Part shown: piece after piece, positions 1 to 14,900 of the stretch | How positions within the stretch are numbered: the stretch's first letter is position 1 | How the letters are laid out: each line of letters opens with the position of its first letter | Assembly (NCBI RefSeq): GCF_902459465.1 | Contig: NC_047082.1 | Location: 8,990,001-9,054,000, forward strand | Reading direction: 5' to 3' | DNA: 64,000 nt | Source of the DNA: Asterias rubens | Taxonomy: Eukaryota | The notes under the pieces: generated by a model | What the model was told of the DNA's origin: nothing | The model's database searches: none | Seen by the model: only the letters and a program-made list of their open reading frames with translations | Program-made: the position numbers and the translations under genes

Positions 1-3000
1 TTGATGAAGAGTCATATTACACAATCAGGGTAAAACTTGTAGCAAACAATAGCAAGATCGCACGAACTTGCTTTCCTGTTTCGTTGATATGTTACCATGT
101 GACCAAAAGTCATGGTTAAAGTGTCAATAGTTGCGAAAACAAAAACAACAATAAAGATAATATAATAAATAAAACTCATTTCAAATAACCACTGATCCAT
201 GGTTCGCTGAACTCGTTTCAAGCCCCAGTGCACAAACTAAATCACAAGGTGTAATTAAACATGTTAATAGAAGTGCAATTCAGCAAGGGGGCCAATAATG
301 TAATAATGAACTGACCCCGTGTGAAGTCAACCTGAATATTGGACCCCGAGAGCCAAGTCACCTTAAAAAGAGCAGAAAGTTCATGATCAAACGGGCGGGG
401 CTTCGATTAATATGTGGGGGGTACCTCAATAAGGTCGACCGCGCTGATAATATACGGTTAGTACACGTGTATCTGCTCTGTCGCATTCCCTATGCACAAC
501 ATCGATAATATAGCGTATTACAAACAGGAGCCAGACTCTACAGACCTTCCGCAGAGAAGTTACCTAGGTGTTCCTTCGTTTGAAAGTGAGTAACCAAGGC
601 CGTGTTCGAAAAGACGGCTACGGTTACGGCTATGGCTAGATTGCCGCGTCATCATGTATTGCAGTATACGACGTTCTCAGAAACACGATTAGAAACAGTC
701 GTAGCCACAAACTCGGCTACGACCCAAGACTATAGGCGAACATAAGGAAATAGTCTGGTGACAACCAATACCAACCAGTAAAAGCCAGTGACAGCGAACA
801 GATCGTTGAAATAGTGTGTTCTTGGAACCTTACCAAACCACGGTGTACCGCATGCTTTACTTTGAAAACGGTCATATGGTGTGACTGCGTTGGAAAGAAA
901 AAAATCTAAATGGCCGCCCCTGACAAGACCGAATTGCAACAATAATTTATCATCTCTATGGCGGGAAGTGAAGGATCAACATTGATTATTTCGGTTCTTA
1001 CTGAGGTTGACTTCATCAGCGTCGAGGACGAATTGTGAATAATAAATCTTATAATATATACGTGATCGTTATTCCTGATCATTAATGCATGATTCAAGGG
1101 AAAAAGAGGTCGAATTTTTGTAGGTCACAATTTTTTACACAACCGGTCCGGAGGAAACCATAGTATTAAACAAAACCAATTCTGACGACACAAATAGCAA
1201 CAGCAAGTAATTTGAGTATAGCTACACATCCTGGGCAAGATATGAGATAATGACTAAACCATATTTGTCAATTCCATCAATATTGTTCTGTGGATATGTG
1301 GTTTGTTAGCTTGCTCAAGGTTGCATATAAAAGACGATACCATTTAAACTGTGTGCAATAAATGTGGGAGGAAACATTGTGTGTTTGGATAACGTCGTCA
1401 TTGTATCTATATAAGAGATGGGCCACGGATGGTTATCTCTATAGCTGCAGAATTGGGTCTGGAGCTAACGTAGTGTATCACGTATATGCTTATGGCATGA
1501 GGATTTGCATAAAGGCATGCACTGGACACTATTCTGCTATTGGTAATGACTCAAGTTATGTGCTAGCTTAAAATCTTACTTGGTAACGAGAAATGGAGGG
1601 GTTACTGATGGTATAGACATTGTGATAAACAACTCTCTCTGTCTGAAGTAACGTAGTTTTTGAGGAAGGGGTTAATTCTCACTTCAGGCCTGCTGAAGCC
1701 CTTTACTATAGGCATCTGAAAACATACAAATTAATTTGTGCAACAAGGGTGCTTTTTTTCTTTCATTATTCTCTTGCAACCTCGATGACTATCAATTGAG
1801 ACAAAATTTTCACAGCTTTGTTATTTTATGCATAATGTTGAGAATACTGGTCTTTGACATAAACCATTGTGTCCAGTGCCTTTAATGAACGAAGTGACTG
1901 ATGTTGTGTACAGACGCATACCAAATCACCACTGCTCTAGCTGCAGTGATAGATCGAATACAAAAAATGCACCACGCCTTCTTTTAGAATTGAAGGGACA
2001 TGCTATATCTCATGTTTTATGGTTTTCAAGTCAGAATCCAGCCATTAGATCATAAAGTACAAGGTCCATCACTCGAATTCTTTGTTGTGAAGGGAGGGCC
2101 ATTATAAAAAAAAAAAAAGTCTCCAAACAAAAGCCGCGATGACTGGGTTGATTTACGAAGTATACCGTCCCGTAGTAAACCCAGTGGGGTTATATTGATA
2201 ATGGCAGCGGGCGACTGTTACCGTACCAAGGCCAGACGCTAGTCCACAGACTACATCAATAAAACATTTAGGCGGTATGAATCATTTTCCATCTTAAAAA
2301 AAAAAAAAAAAAAAAAGTAAAAGTGAATGCTTCAATCTTCATCCGGCCATGCCTTGGTAGCTCGGGGCAGTTTGAGCAACGAGGCATGGTTTAAGATGAC
2401 TCCCGGGCTTTTCTACCACCCGTCTCCCCACTCCTCTCCCTAGATCTAAAGTCATCGGAGCGAGAGTGGATGGGACTCCTGTGAATCACCGGACGGTAGG
2501 AGACCAAGACCAAGCAAAGATCGGGGTGGTACTGGTGTTTCAGCAAAAAAATAAGAAGAAAAAAAATATGACAGTTCCCCCAAACCACGCACAGATTAAC
2601 AATGTGCGTTGGAGTCTAACTAACATAGCTCTCTCGCATCAAGTATAGCTCCGAGGTGTTTAACAATCAAATTTCCACGAATAAATTCGTCTTATCGAGG
2701 TGTAGTAATTGCTCGCTTTTTCTAGAACAACATTGGTTATGTCTAACATAATAATGAAGTGTGCAGTACACATGTAGTGAGTAAGCGTCTAGCTCGACAC
2801 AGCGCAGACAGGAAGTTGTCCTCGCTGATGCTTTAGAAAACAAAGTACACTGTTCTCATGTCTTGGAAATAGTTTGTTGATCACGTATAGACGAAAGAGA
2901 ATTTAAAAATCTAGACAAGGGAAATTAAGTACATTTTCTGAGATAAACAGTTGTTTTGTCTTTGAAATAGTTTCTTAAAAGACAGGCCTGACATTTCATG

Positions 3001-5374
3001 GAGCCACGGAGGCCAGCCCTCTGTTGCCCTGGTCTTGGCCTTGGTGCCCCTCCAAAAGTTTCCAATAGACTTTAAGTTTTTCCAATGGAAATGTAATTTT
3101 CAACATGAAAATGGCCTTGCCCTCTCAAATATGAAATCCCAGGCTTGAGATAATTGACCAATCCGGACAGGGGAAATATTTAAATTTCTTTCTGTCATAC
3201 AATTTAAAGACACCCATTACGTATTACAATCACTCATGCAATATATGGAATCTAGACACAAACAACGCACCGGAATCGAACAATAATAGTAGAAATAACT
3301 TGAATACAACTACTCGACAAGTGTACACCGTGTCCACATAGCTAGAACAAGAAGGTAATCTGCCTTTATAAAATCGATACCAAATTCGATCGCTTCACAA
3401 GATAATAGTCGATACCACACAGCACGCGTTGATGCCTTGTCAGCACGATGAAATCCAATGTATATTATACCCCCCAATTCGTTAACACTATAAATAGACA
3501 AGACTCGTGCGAAGAAGATTAATGAAGCCTTTATAGTGTACCGTACGTGCTGAGAAGTTTAAACTTCTAAGAAACGGCAAGTCTTGCCATCGAACTACCC
3601 CCCCCCGGAAAGTTACTATTAATAGCTTCCCGTTTAACACTGAAATAATGACACATCTCACGTTATAGAAGTGGCATTGAGATATATGGAGAGTGGTAAG
3701 CTATCAATGGAGAAGCCAGTAAAGTGCTTGGTCTCGTCCAGTTGTAGTGGCTCAGTTGAGGGGTTGGCCCTGGGGGGCGGTGGCCCCTGAATACTGGACT
3801 ATAGGCGACGGTTTATGCAGAGGAATTTAGCGCGTTAATGCGAGCAAGCCTTGATGCATATGTTTTGATATTTTGAGACATCATCGTCAGAAAGGATTGT
3901 CTGCAAACATAATCAGCGTGTAAAGTATCACGTAGAGTTTCCGTAGGACAACTTGTGTGTTGATTAACACCATACACTAAGTGCTGAATCAAAAAACATT
4001 ATTCAGTACTCAGCCGGGTAATTGGTAATCAAACGGTTAGGGTGTATCGTATAATGAAATGAATAAATTAAATAGATGCATAGACCTATATCCCACTTCT
4101 GACACCAAACAAGCAATAGGCCGCAAATCGTACCCCATTATGGTTTAGATCAACTAGTCTGCATGATTGAATTCAGCTGCAGAAGCCAACCGTTAAACCC
4201 ACACTCAAAAAAAGTCGCTTAATGCAGATACGTCCTACGATTCGTGCTGGTCAACCAATACAACAAACGTCATCATGCTTTCCCTAATCGAAGCAGGTCT
4301 CAGGAAGTCATACGTGTGGCTAAGTGGAGAACAACATAGGGGCCACTCTCAAGACAGGGTTGTTTGTGCCGTCTCTTGAATCTCTACAATTTGTATGCGT
4401 GTGGTGATGATTCTTCGGCGGTCATGCACAAAGCTGGCGGTCTCGCAAATTGGCAATATGAAGGTTATGAACAATCTACATGCCTTAATAGACCTTAATG
4501 GCAGAGCCTTCATTTCTACATTCAATTCAAATCTAAAATCAAGCGAGGCTGGAAGAGGAAAATCACGCCTAATTGGACCTTAAAACCTTCATTTTCTACA
4601 TTCAATACAAATGCATGTGACCAAACCGGGGTCTAGGGGGGGAAGTCTGGCACCCTTTTCAGCATGGTATTCACAAACAGTAAATTCAGACTGGGATTTT
4701 GACAACAGCTGCTTCGGTCTAAAGACTTTTATCACGCTGTGGCCATCTTGATTTTACTCCATTCAAACTCATTGTAACCAAACTGAGGCTGGGCGAAATA
4801 ACAGTCTGGTGCCATGCGCAATGAATGCTAGCATTCATTACTGTTATTGGAAACAGGGAACATTACCAAGATGGTGACAGCGTGACAAAGGTCCATATGG
4901 ACAGACAATCCACATAAAAACATGTCTCCAGCATATGCGTAATTATCATACCATTACATCAACTCCTTAAAAGATTAGAAACTCACTAATTAACAGGGAG
5001 AATAAATGTAAATATCAATTAATTGTGTATCTCAATTCAGTCACGAGGGAGGAGACTGAGAGTGGAGACTCGATGGTGGAATTTGATATGCACAGGTTGC
5101 AAGACTGCAGAGCCTGTATACTTGGACAGCTCTCTCGCTACCTGAACACACAAGTAGAGATAATGCGTAGGGAAAATGGTATCGTTTCTTTCTTTAATAT
5201 GCGCACAACCTCAGGCGACTAATAAGGTTTCCATCAAGCGCATCCGTCCCAAATTCCTTCACAGTTTCTTCCCCCCGAAAACCATGCAATATAACTCGGC
5301 AAACACACACACACACAAAATATCAATAAGCTCAGGCAATCGTTATTGCAATTTTCCCATAGAAGGAATTTGGA

Positions 5375-5408
<34 letters not shown>

Positions 5409-7321
5409 TCAACCGACGTCCTGAAGGCCATGACAGGGGTTACCCAACCCCAGCCAACCTCCGGGCTAACACCGGGTTTCATATTCCAACAGCCCGGCCA
5501 CATTTTGGGGTTTATTTTCGTACATTTGTTGAGGCCATTCCAATAACGCGACATCAATCAGGGATACTGCACGTCCGAGTGTGCGTACAGTGTACATGAA
5601 GTTTCTCTCTCTTACTTAGCTTTCCCAAACCGCCCGATCAGATAATTTTTTTTCTTCTTCTCTCTTTTTTTTTACCGCAGCTTCTGGGTAGCCTATCCTA
5701 ACTTAATGGAGATCATTTACCGGAGAGGAATGGACGTGTACTCGTCGCTACCCGCAGGTTAAGCCGTTTTTTTTACAGCGGCTCATACTCTAGCAACTAG
5801 GGGAGAGAGTGGGTCTAAGTAAGTGAAGCTAACAGCACCGGGCAATGATGAAAAACAAAGCGAGCGAAATCGAAAAGCTTTTTTTGTCTTCAGCAAGACG
5901 ATAGATACTTCATGGTAATATGAAGGTTGTTATTTCATTTAAGATGCCATTTTAACTCCGTTGAATGGATCAAATCAAGACTGATTGCAATGAAAAGTTG
6001 CCCCCCAGTTTTTTCTTATCCAACAGGTAACTGATCATAACTACATCCATATTTATCAACGTTTAGACCTTCCTACTGGCTCATCATAATACCTAGACAA
6101 ATCGAATTATAGTTTAACTTCATTTTGTCCAATCGACCACTCTGATCACACAGAGTTCCCCCAAATGAAGCCCCGTGCTATGAGATGTAGTCTTATACTG
6201 TTCAAATTGACGCAGGGCCTTTGATGAAGGGCACACTTATCACTTGAACAGTGGCACCGTACACCGTGCAATTACTGAAAAGCGAGCTGGCTTCGTACTA
6301 TCTTGGCTTTCTCTCTCTCTCTTTCGTTCGTCATTAAAAGAACGGGCGGCACAAATCGAAAAACAAGTCCATGTTTACCGTTCCCAATCACGTCCAGCCT
6401 GTCAGACCCAATATCGGCAGGTCTTATAATGGCGCATCAACATCTACATACACCGTGGACAGGTTTCCTAACTTTGTTGTTTATAAAGGAAACGGATATT
6501 AAATTGGTTGAAGAGAAAGAAAAATAGTGTACACGAATACGTAGGCCACCTTAAGGGGATATTTTCAGTGGAAATTTCTCCACTATACAGGTAGTACAAA
6601 GGAAACAAGGTTCCCTTTTTAGATCGCCGACCACATTTCTAAACACATTGATGTGATTTGACGAAGACTGTTAGTTAGCCCCATAGAAACTGATAAGATT
6701 TGAGAGTCGAAGTTAAACTTGGAACTTTTGGAGATGATATTAAACCACTCAACTCGGGCGCTGTTCATTATACATTATATTGCATCTCGTGTGCATTTTC
6801 GATAGATTGATTGCACATGACGTCATTGACCGGCCGCCATCTATGATGTAAAACAATGTAAACGCGCACCCGTGTACGCGCAGCGCACGATTCTCGGCCA
6901 ATGACAGCCTTTCCCGCGGGCACACTTTCATCAAAGACAGCGGCAAATGCAAGGGGTCTATACAACGGTTCCATTACAACACTTTTTTTATGGACCCGGG
7001 GCCAAAATCGTATCGTTTATCGTAGCGTAAGCCACAGCCTTAACCGTAGCCTAAGCTATAAGTCGTCGACTAAACCGTAGCCTAAGCTGTATCCACGCAT
7101 TGTTTCAATACAGACGGTTTCATATTACGCTCCGTTCTGTGCCTTCGTGTGTCCCCGTGCCGCCAAAGCGCATCTTTTATCTGAACCTAAGCATATCATT
7201 AGCCATGCCAAAGCCGTAGCCTTAGCCATGGTCTAAGCCGTAATGTAAATCGTAGACTAGGCCTAAGCATTAACTAAAAGGCCACCCCTACTCAAGAATG
7301 CACGCGGCTACTGTTGAACCA

Positions 7322-7469
7322 ATGGGGGACTTTCAGAACGCTCGGTGGCAGCAGACTTACCAGGTAAAATCCATTATTCTAGGTAATGTGCGCATGCTCA
7401 GAACTTTGTTAAAAATATAAAACTTACCTGGTAAGTCTGCTGCCACCTAGCGTTCCAAAGTCTCCCATT
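7322..7469. mobile_element. About 150-bp MITE with atggg(g/a)gacttt...ggtggcagcagacttaccaggtaa inverted termini
   Basis: Palindromic ends. Copies at 24052-24197, 38120-38417 (with a nested insertion), and partial copies at 24371-24410 and 25710-25765. Confidence 0.88.
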
Positions 7470-9079
7470 GCTCACAATCCAACCAGAGGTTTACAATAAA
7501 ACAATTGACTACAACCCGTTCTGTCATTTTGGCAACGCAGAAGCGACGAAAATTATTATTTAGCTACGATTTCTAATCCAAGTATCGAAACATGTCAGAC
7601 AAAGATATATCTGAGACGGGCACAATCAAGATTTGCATAACTGTGTGGAAGCATTTATACCCTACACCGTTATCTATTTCTACCTCCATGGTCATTGCAA
7701 GATATATGGGCGCAGTGCCATTCTTGATTTTCATTTTGACGAAAGAAACCGAGTTTTTAATCAACTCAGCTCAACAGCTCAGCCGAGCGTCAGCATAATT
7801 AGTGTAAATAAGAGCCTACACTTGGTGTTTGGATGTTTTTAACCCCAACCCCTTTCTAACAAGATAAAATCCCAGAGTTCAATTTGTCCCAGTGAAGCAA
7901 TTAAATTCAACTCGATCCTTGGTGATTTCATGATCAACTTTACTGGGAGTATGTAGAGAGAGCCACTAATCACACCCTCCAAGAAGAAAATAAACAATCC
8001 TGCCGATAGGAAAGTACAACCTCTCGCATGCAATGTCCAGTTATTTTGGCTTTCTGAAGTTAAATCAACAACCTCCCAAATCGGGCCGGGATCGCCTTGC
8101 CACGAACTGCAAGCGACGTCCCAACAAAAATGGTTAAGACACTGTAGTGTACACGTTTGGTAATTACTAAAAAAAACTTACTTGGTAATGAGCAATGGAG
8201 AGCTGTTGATATATAAAACATTGTGAGAAACGGCTCCCGCTGAAGTGACGTAGTTTTTGAAAAAGAAGTATTTTCTCACTAAAATATTAAAAGACATCAG
8301 CTGCATGAAACCTTATAGTTTTATTTTTATCGAAAGCACAAACATTTGTACAATATAAGGCTGTTTTTCTCTCATCATTTTCTCGCAACTTCGATGACCA
8401 ATTGAGCCCATATTTTCACAGGCTTGTTATTTTATGCAAAACTGTGTTGGGATACCCCAAGTGAGAATACGCGTCTAGGATAAATTACCCATCGTCTCCA
8501 GTGCCTTGAATTCAAACAATATAATGTCCACTTTACAACTGAGCAAACAAGGTCCACGTGTAATTTCCAGCGTCATATGATTTCATTGTGGTGTCTATGC
8601 TTGATGATTTCATTTCTAATACTGAAAATCTTGCCTGGGGATCATTATTCTCATAGTACAATGTACCCCTCAACAATACAAACAGAATTGTCCCCAATCA
8701 GTTAGATCTTAATTGAATGGAATTCACATGCACATATCTCACAAGTCCCGCTGCGCTGTTCTCATCAGCTTTAAAAGATCAGTTCTCCCGAATGATGTCT
8801 TGGATTAGATTAGCATGTACAGAATCATTAAGACACTGCGCTTCAGAGTAACTCGACATGTCTCCAAGATCATACACTCCAGCAGATCCTCACTCAATAT
8901 CTTAGGACTATGGTGAAGATGTTTTCATGCATAGAATAATGCCAGGCCGCAGCGGTAATTAAATTTAATTATTAAGAACTGTCACATTTGGACGAGCTGC
9001 AAACACCGCGATCTTTTTTTTTTCAATTTCATGTCACTGCAAACAAGATTCACCTTCCAGTACTAAAAGTGTATTGACT

Positions 9080-9466
9080 TTAAAGGCACTGGACCCTATT
9101 GGTAATTGTCTAAGACCAGTCTTTTCACTTGGTGTATCTCAACATATGCATAAAATAACAAACCTGCGAAAAGTTGAGCTTAATTGGTCGTCGAAGTTGC
9201 GAGATAACAATGAAAGAAAAAACACCCTTGTCACACGAAGTTGTGTACATTTAGATGCTTGATTTCGAGAGACCTCAAAATCCAATTCTGGGGACTCGAA
9301 ATCAAATTCGTGGAAAACTTCTTCTTTCTCAAAAACTACGTTACTTCACAGGGAGTCGTTTCTCACAATGTTTTATACTATCAACAGCTCTCCATTACTT
9401 GTAACCAAGTAAGGTTTCATGCTAATCATTATTTTGGGTAATTACCAATAGTGCCACTGCCTTTAA
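9080..9466. mobile_element. T2/Kolobok-type MITE family A (ttaaaggcactggacac...gtgtccagtgcctttaa), representative copy
   Basis: Terminal inverted repeats with TTAA flanks and shared internals (ggagagctgttgatagtataaaacattgtgagaaacggctccctctgaagtaacgtagttttt). Other full or partial copies at about 1568-1885, 8134-8511, 10720-11134, 13025-13330, 14026-14417, 14892-15203, 16901-17242, 17587-17880, 19903-20060, 25464-25700, 28240-28566, 30688-31030, 32308-32561, 35590-35770, 44290-44450, 47753-48025, 51577-51924 and 60406-60784. Confidence 0.9.
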
Positions 9467-10719
9467 ACAACGTGTAAACACAACCCCTCCGCAAGAAACA
9501 AAGAGCCATTGGCACCCGATTTTTTATTTTGTTTATTTATGTAAATAAACATATTTTAGATACGGCGGTGTGGGAATGCACGTTTCGGTAGAAAAGTATG
9601 CAAAGCAAGACATTCCTTTCCCTTCAAACAGGCCAAACATCCAAACGAAAACAACTCGATAAGCAAAGAAGTTAAACCAGGGTTCAGACAAAAGACAACA
9701 TACAAGTAAACCCTCCATGCCTGTCTAACAAAATAACTCAAGGTGCGGTTAAAAAAAAAAAATTATGATTAGATTTGGGGGGCAAAACCATAACCAAACA
9801 TCGCGAAAATTAATTTAGCATTTTTATGCATAACGCCACTCAGGTGGATGTTATAGGATATGTTTTATCAAATTCCAACAGAGGGTGCTCCCCCGATTGA
9901 AATGGGAAACCAGGAGCCGATATCCAATAACGAGGATGGGACTCACAGTGCGTTATGACACCTCTGGTTCACCCGTAGCCAGCCCCCCCCCCCCCCCTCT
10001 ACAAAATCACAAACTTCACCGTGGATATGTGATGGAATTTTTCCTCAGTGGACGGTCCAATCATCGAGCTATATGAGTGCCTATGGCTAAGGGGCATATA
10101 TACACGATAGCAAGAAGATAAAGCTCATTCTATTTCACATACATGGAACTTGGGAGTACGCTGTTATAAAACCTACCCTAAGTACATCCCACTTTGGGGA
10201 AACATTTACGTATGAGATAATTTTGTTGTTCTGCTGACAATAATTCAGTACAATTAATAATTGAAGTACAACATTATTTAGTAGATGAAAATTTGCTTCG
10301 GGGATAAAGAATATTAATTTTGGTTTACCCAACAAAAAGTATACACCGTTGTGTATTAGCACTGTAACAAACAATACACAAAAAAATATATATATATAAA
10401 AACATATCAATTAATTTTGTTTTGATACGTATAGACCCATGAATATTTAATATGAACGGACTAAAAAAAAAAATTCTATGAAAGCAACGGTCGACCCTGC
10501 ATCTTGACAAAAATACAAATTATGAATGAAAATAATATTGAATATTAAATTACGCTAAGCCATATATGACCTTGAGCCAATCAATTAGAGATAGAGGGGA
10601 CCGGGTGAGAAACAGCGAGCGTGTTAATAAAAACACATAATATTGTGTACATTACTTTGGGCCTAGACCACACAACACACATGCAGAAAGCAGTACAGGT
10701 TTATCTCCAGTGACAAACA

Positions 10720-11134
10720 TTAAAGGCATTGGACACCATTGGTAATTACTCAAAATATTTGTTAGCATAAAAACTTACTTGGTGTATAAACAAGTAATGG
10801 AGAGCTGTTGATAGTATAAAACATTGTGAGAAACGGCTCCCTCTGAAGTAACGTAGTTTTTGAGAAAGAGACTCGTAATTTCCCACTCAAGTATTACAAG
10901 ATTTCAGGCCTGAAGCCTTTTAAATTAGGCATATAAAAGCACACAAGTCTATTTCTACCTACATGTTTCGTGCAACAAGGGTGTATTCTTTCTTTCATTA
11001 TTCTCTTGCAACTTCGAGGACCAATTGAGTCCAAATGTTCGACGATTTTTTTATTTTATGCAAAAGGTGGGGAAACACCAAGTGAGAATACTGGTCTTTG
11101 ATAATTAACCAACAAAGGCGTCCAGTGCCTTTCA
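10720..11134. mobile_element. T2/Kolobok-type MITE family A copy
   Basis: ttaaaggcattggacaccattggtaattactc ... gcgtccagtgccttt. Confidence 0.85.
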
Positions 11135-11810
11135 GCATACCGCACAAACTGGCATCAAAAGTTTTGGAGTTTTGGACTCCAAAATCATCTTGTTTCTTTT
11201 GGTGCAATACCAGCACTTGTACACGTATATAAAATTATACACCCTGATGTGAATTTAATTATCGCATAGAATTGATTTTTCTGTTGGCTTGCATCACGCT
11301 GCTGCCGGCCGTGCACTATGAATCATTTAATATGTTGGGTGGTGCCAGCGTAAAATAAATATTTATTCCACTTTCGACTTCTATAAAACTCATTTGCAGT
11401 GAATAATTTAGATGTTTTTATTATTGACTTCATTTTGTACATGACAATTATTTGTTGTAATTAGGCTAGCTTCCCCCATCCACTCGTGTGTGCGCATGCC
11501 ATGCACGTAGAAACAAAATTAATCAATTTGGGTCAAATCAATCAACTCCCTCCTCAAAATCTAAAAACTTTGAATAATTTGCATTTTACAATATTCTGTA
11601 GACGTAAGGATACTTCAGTCTTAAACAGACATCGGTTAGAAGTTAAGTTTTTGAAGTACTCCTAGCTCTAAATCCAATATACTTTTACGATCCAGATATA
11701 TAACCGCATGTATTTACACAACGCAACGCCGGTGTCGCTAAAAACAACAGCCGATCGACTTGCTGAATACAAACTACACGACTTTTGTAATACCGTAGAG
11801 TAATACATAC

Positions 11811-11911
11811 CACGATCTGCAGCAACTCCGGTACAACACAAGGTGTAGAGTAGTACAACACAAACTGCTATCCCCATCTCACGGCCAATCTTCAAGTTAC
11901 TGCTATCCATT
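11811..11911 (-). CDS. Probable first coding exon (signal peptide) of a secreted or membrane protein gene; downstream exons not found in the window
   Basis: Acceptor ttgctag|a, then ATG at 11910: MDSSNLKIGREMGIAVCVVLLYTLCCTGVAA-DR-G, followed by a phase-1 donor g|gtatgt at 11810. The n/h/c signal-peptide layout is clear. A candidate non-coding upstream exon ends at 12562 (ctg|gtaagt) in a CpG-rich stretch. Confidence 0.45.
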
Positions 11912-14900
11912 CTAGCAAGTTTGTACACACACACACCACACGAACTCGCCCGTTAACTCCGCAAAGTTTCTTTAAAATGTTCCAAGAATGTATCCCTTCT
12001 CGCCGCGGTATGTCCTCTCCTAATGTCCACGATGATTAAGTACGTTGCTGTTACATTCACAAAGTTGTGACTCATTATATAACATGTAGAAATGCCTATT
12101 CCATCATTCACAATTGATGACCAACACACCAGTTTTTATGATTTCGAAGCCCGGTCTCAGAAATGTATGTGTGTGGGCCACTAACAACCCCCGCCTGGTT
12201 TATGAAAATATCTCCCTGAAGTCAATGGCACATTGGCATATTCAAACAGTCGGATATACACAACACAGTCCACCTTGCCATAAAAGATTTTCCATGTTTG
12301 GGTCAATCCACGACGAGTCCGGATGAAGTTTCCATTGTCCGTCTGCAAGTTTCTTTATTTGGTTCTCGTCTATGAGCTTCGGCTTATCGTAGTGGTTTTC
12401 CCCTGTTCAATGGTCGTAAAGTGTACAGTGTACACATCGCACGATGTGTGTCTAGGGTTTTTATTGTGCGGTCTTCTCTCGTTGCACGTTCTACGGATGG
12501 ATGGGGGCGCAATGTGTGTGCGCAAGGTGCAACGTCAGCTGCACGATCTCGACCAACTTACCAGGCACGGAGTCGTGTCTTTCTAAACGTGTAGTTCGTG
12601 TGAAAGGTTCCACTTTGTTTTGATCGTGAAACAATACAACTCTCAACAGTGTTGTTGTTGCTCTTTTGTCTCACTCATAAGGGCCGCCTGGTAGTCTAAT
12701 ATTGCTATTAATATCATTCTTTCTGATATCGTGTTCTAAATGAAGTCGCTAATGCTTAAAACGAAAAGCACAGGAATACATTTACGAACAAGCCCTTTCT
12801 TCTTGCGATGAAATTGAGATGTGTAGATCTTTTTTTTCAGAGCTTTTATTTTCACAGCTGTCGACGCTTACAAGTCATGAACGTGGCAAATTGTAATTTG
12901 GGATTCGTTTTTACACACACGGTGACTGAGAGAAAAACAAACAATATGATACGAATACCACCGTGTATTGTTGTTATACTTCTTCGCTGTATATACATAA
13001 TTATGACAGTAGTGGCTCAAGGCTTTAAAGGCACTGGACACCTTTTGGTAATTTTCAAAAAGACCAATATTCTCACTTGGTGTATCCTAACATTATGCAT
13101 GACATAACAAATCTGTGAAAATTTGGACTCAAATGGTCATCGAAGTTGCTAGAAAATAATGGAAGAAAACCACAATTGTTGCACAAATATGTGTGTGCTT
13201 ACATGCCTATAAAAGGCTTTGGGGCTAAAGTTTTGTTCTATTATTTGCGTGAGAAATTACCTCTTTCTAATAAAAAAACAGCGTTATTTTAGAAGGAGTC
13301 TTTTCTCACACCGTTGCTCATAGCCAATTAGGTTTTTTAATGTTAACAATAAAAAACAACATTAAAACGACCATAAATTTGTTCACTTCCTGAAATACTT
13401 TTGCGACCACCTCAAAGTATGAAATGAAATGTGAAGATTTTTGAAATATTTTCCCGAAAAAGGGAAAAAAAAAAACTTCATAAGAAACAGCATTAACAAA
13501 ATTTATTTTTATTTTTACACAGATTAACTATTTCCCCTCCATCCTCTGCGCTTCATATTGCTAGTATACACAATGTTTTTGAAATGGATTGAGTTGAACT
13601 ACGATTCCAACCATCTACACGTTGAGAAACCAAAAACAAACAACAATTCAAGGTCGCTCCATCATGAGTTGGAACAATATTAATAACCGTCGATGATGAT
13701 GCATGAATTACGCAACACGTGGTAGGGTACGTTTTCACGGATGGACGGTCAGAGTGAAAGGACAAGAGAGAGAGAGGGGGGGGGGAGAGAGCATGTGAGC
13801 ACCAAATTGTGTTTACTCCTGCTCGGTTTCAGGGATTCAGTAACAATACCTTAATCCGATTCTCCGTTGTGCGATTTGGCACGGGTGACTTGGTAATTAC
13901 CACGAGGATGCATGGGTTAATTCGCTCTAGCGATTATGTCAAAAAATGTGCCACGGTGACAATTGTTGATGGGTGCGAGACCATTTTTATGCCCGTTGGT
14001 GTTATTTGTTTTCTTAATTTTTCTTTTAAAGGCATGGACACTGTTGGTTATTCAAAATAACTCTTAGCATAGAAACTTAATAGATGTTAAAAACTTTCTT
14101 GTAATGTTAATTTGTAACGGGCAATGGGGAGCTGTTGATATTATTTATAAAAAGAAGGTGGGAAACGGTTAACTCTGAAGCAACGTAAATTTTGAAAAAG
14201 AGGTCTCACTCAATATTAAACTTCAGGCCCGAAGCCTTTTAATAGTTGGCATATGAAAGCACACACAGTTGTGCAACAAGCGTGTTTTTTCCTATTTCAT
14301 TATTCTCTTGCAACTTCGAAGACCTAATGAGTAAAACTATTCACAGATTTGTTACTTTATGTTGGGATACACAAAGCAAGAATACTGGTCTTTGACAAGG
14401 GTGTCCAGTCCCTTTAAAAGACCACCGTTTGCGGATGAAACATATGCTGCGAGTGACGAGTTGCATCATTTATGCGGCAGCTGTGATGTGTAACGAACAG
14501 TATGATAAATATTAATGTGCTTCTAATATCTACCCATTAATATTAGCATTCGACACTTTTTCCCGTGTGTTATCAACCGCGACTCGAACCCAACATAGCC
14601 TGGCCAAGGAAAACCACACGTCGCTTGAAAATGGGGAACTTTTAAGACTCTTGGATAGGGCGCCCTCAACAATGCAGTTTTTTATAGTTTTTTTGTTAAA
14701 TTATATTATAACTGTTGATTGGAATTATTGCCAGGTCTGTACAAAAAAAGGGTTGTTTTCGTGGATTATTATATAGTGACAACTGTTTTTTCAACGAAAG
14801 AACATACGGATTTCAAAAATTGAAAGTCAAACACTAGAACACAAAGTAATAACCACCTTGAAATATAAAATACAAAATGGTTATAAGAGTTTTAAAGGCA

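Noticed and set aside
2444-2530. Plus-strand exon candidate SKVIGARVDGTPVNHRTVGDQDQAKIG
   Set aside because: The acceptor is plausible but the donor is weak, and there are no partner exons.
6780-6965. Promoter-like cluster (TGACGTCA, GCCGCCAT, CCAAT)
   Set aside because: No associated gene start was found, and similar motif sets occur in dispersed repeats at about 26085-26230 and 56035-56215.
9948-10012. Minus-strand second exon for the signal-peptide gene (ends act|gtgagt)
   Set aside because: It would begin with a poly-G run, which is implausible as coding sequence.
10998-11216. Short ORFs with recurring LIIKDQYSHLV / KTTLLQRE-like peptides (also 9074, 14944, 16863, 28195, 51470, 60433)
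   Set aside because: They are translations of non-coding MITE family A copies, not a gene family.
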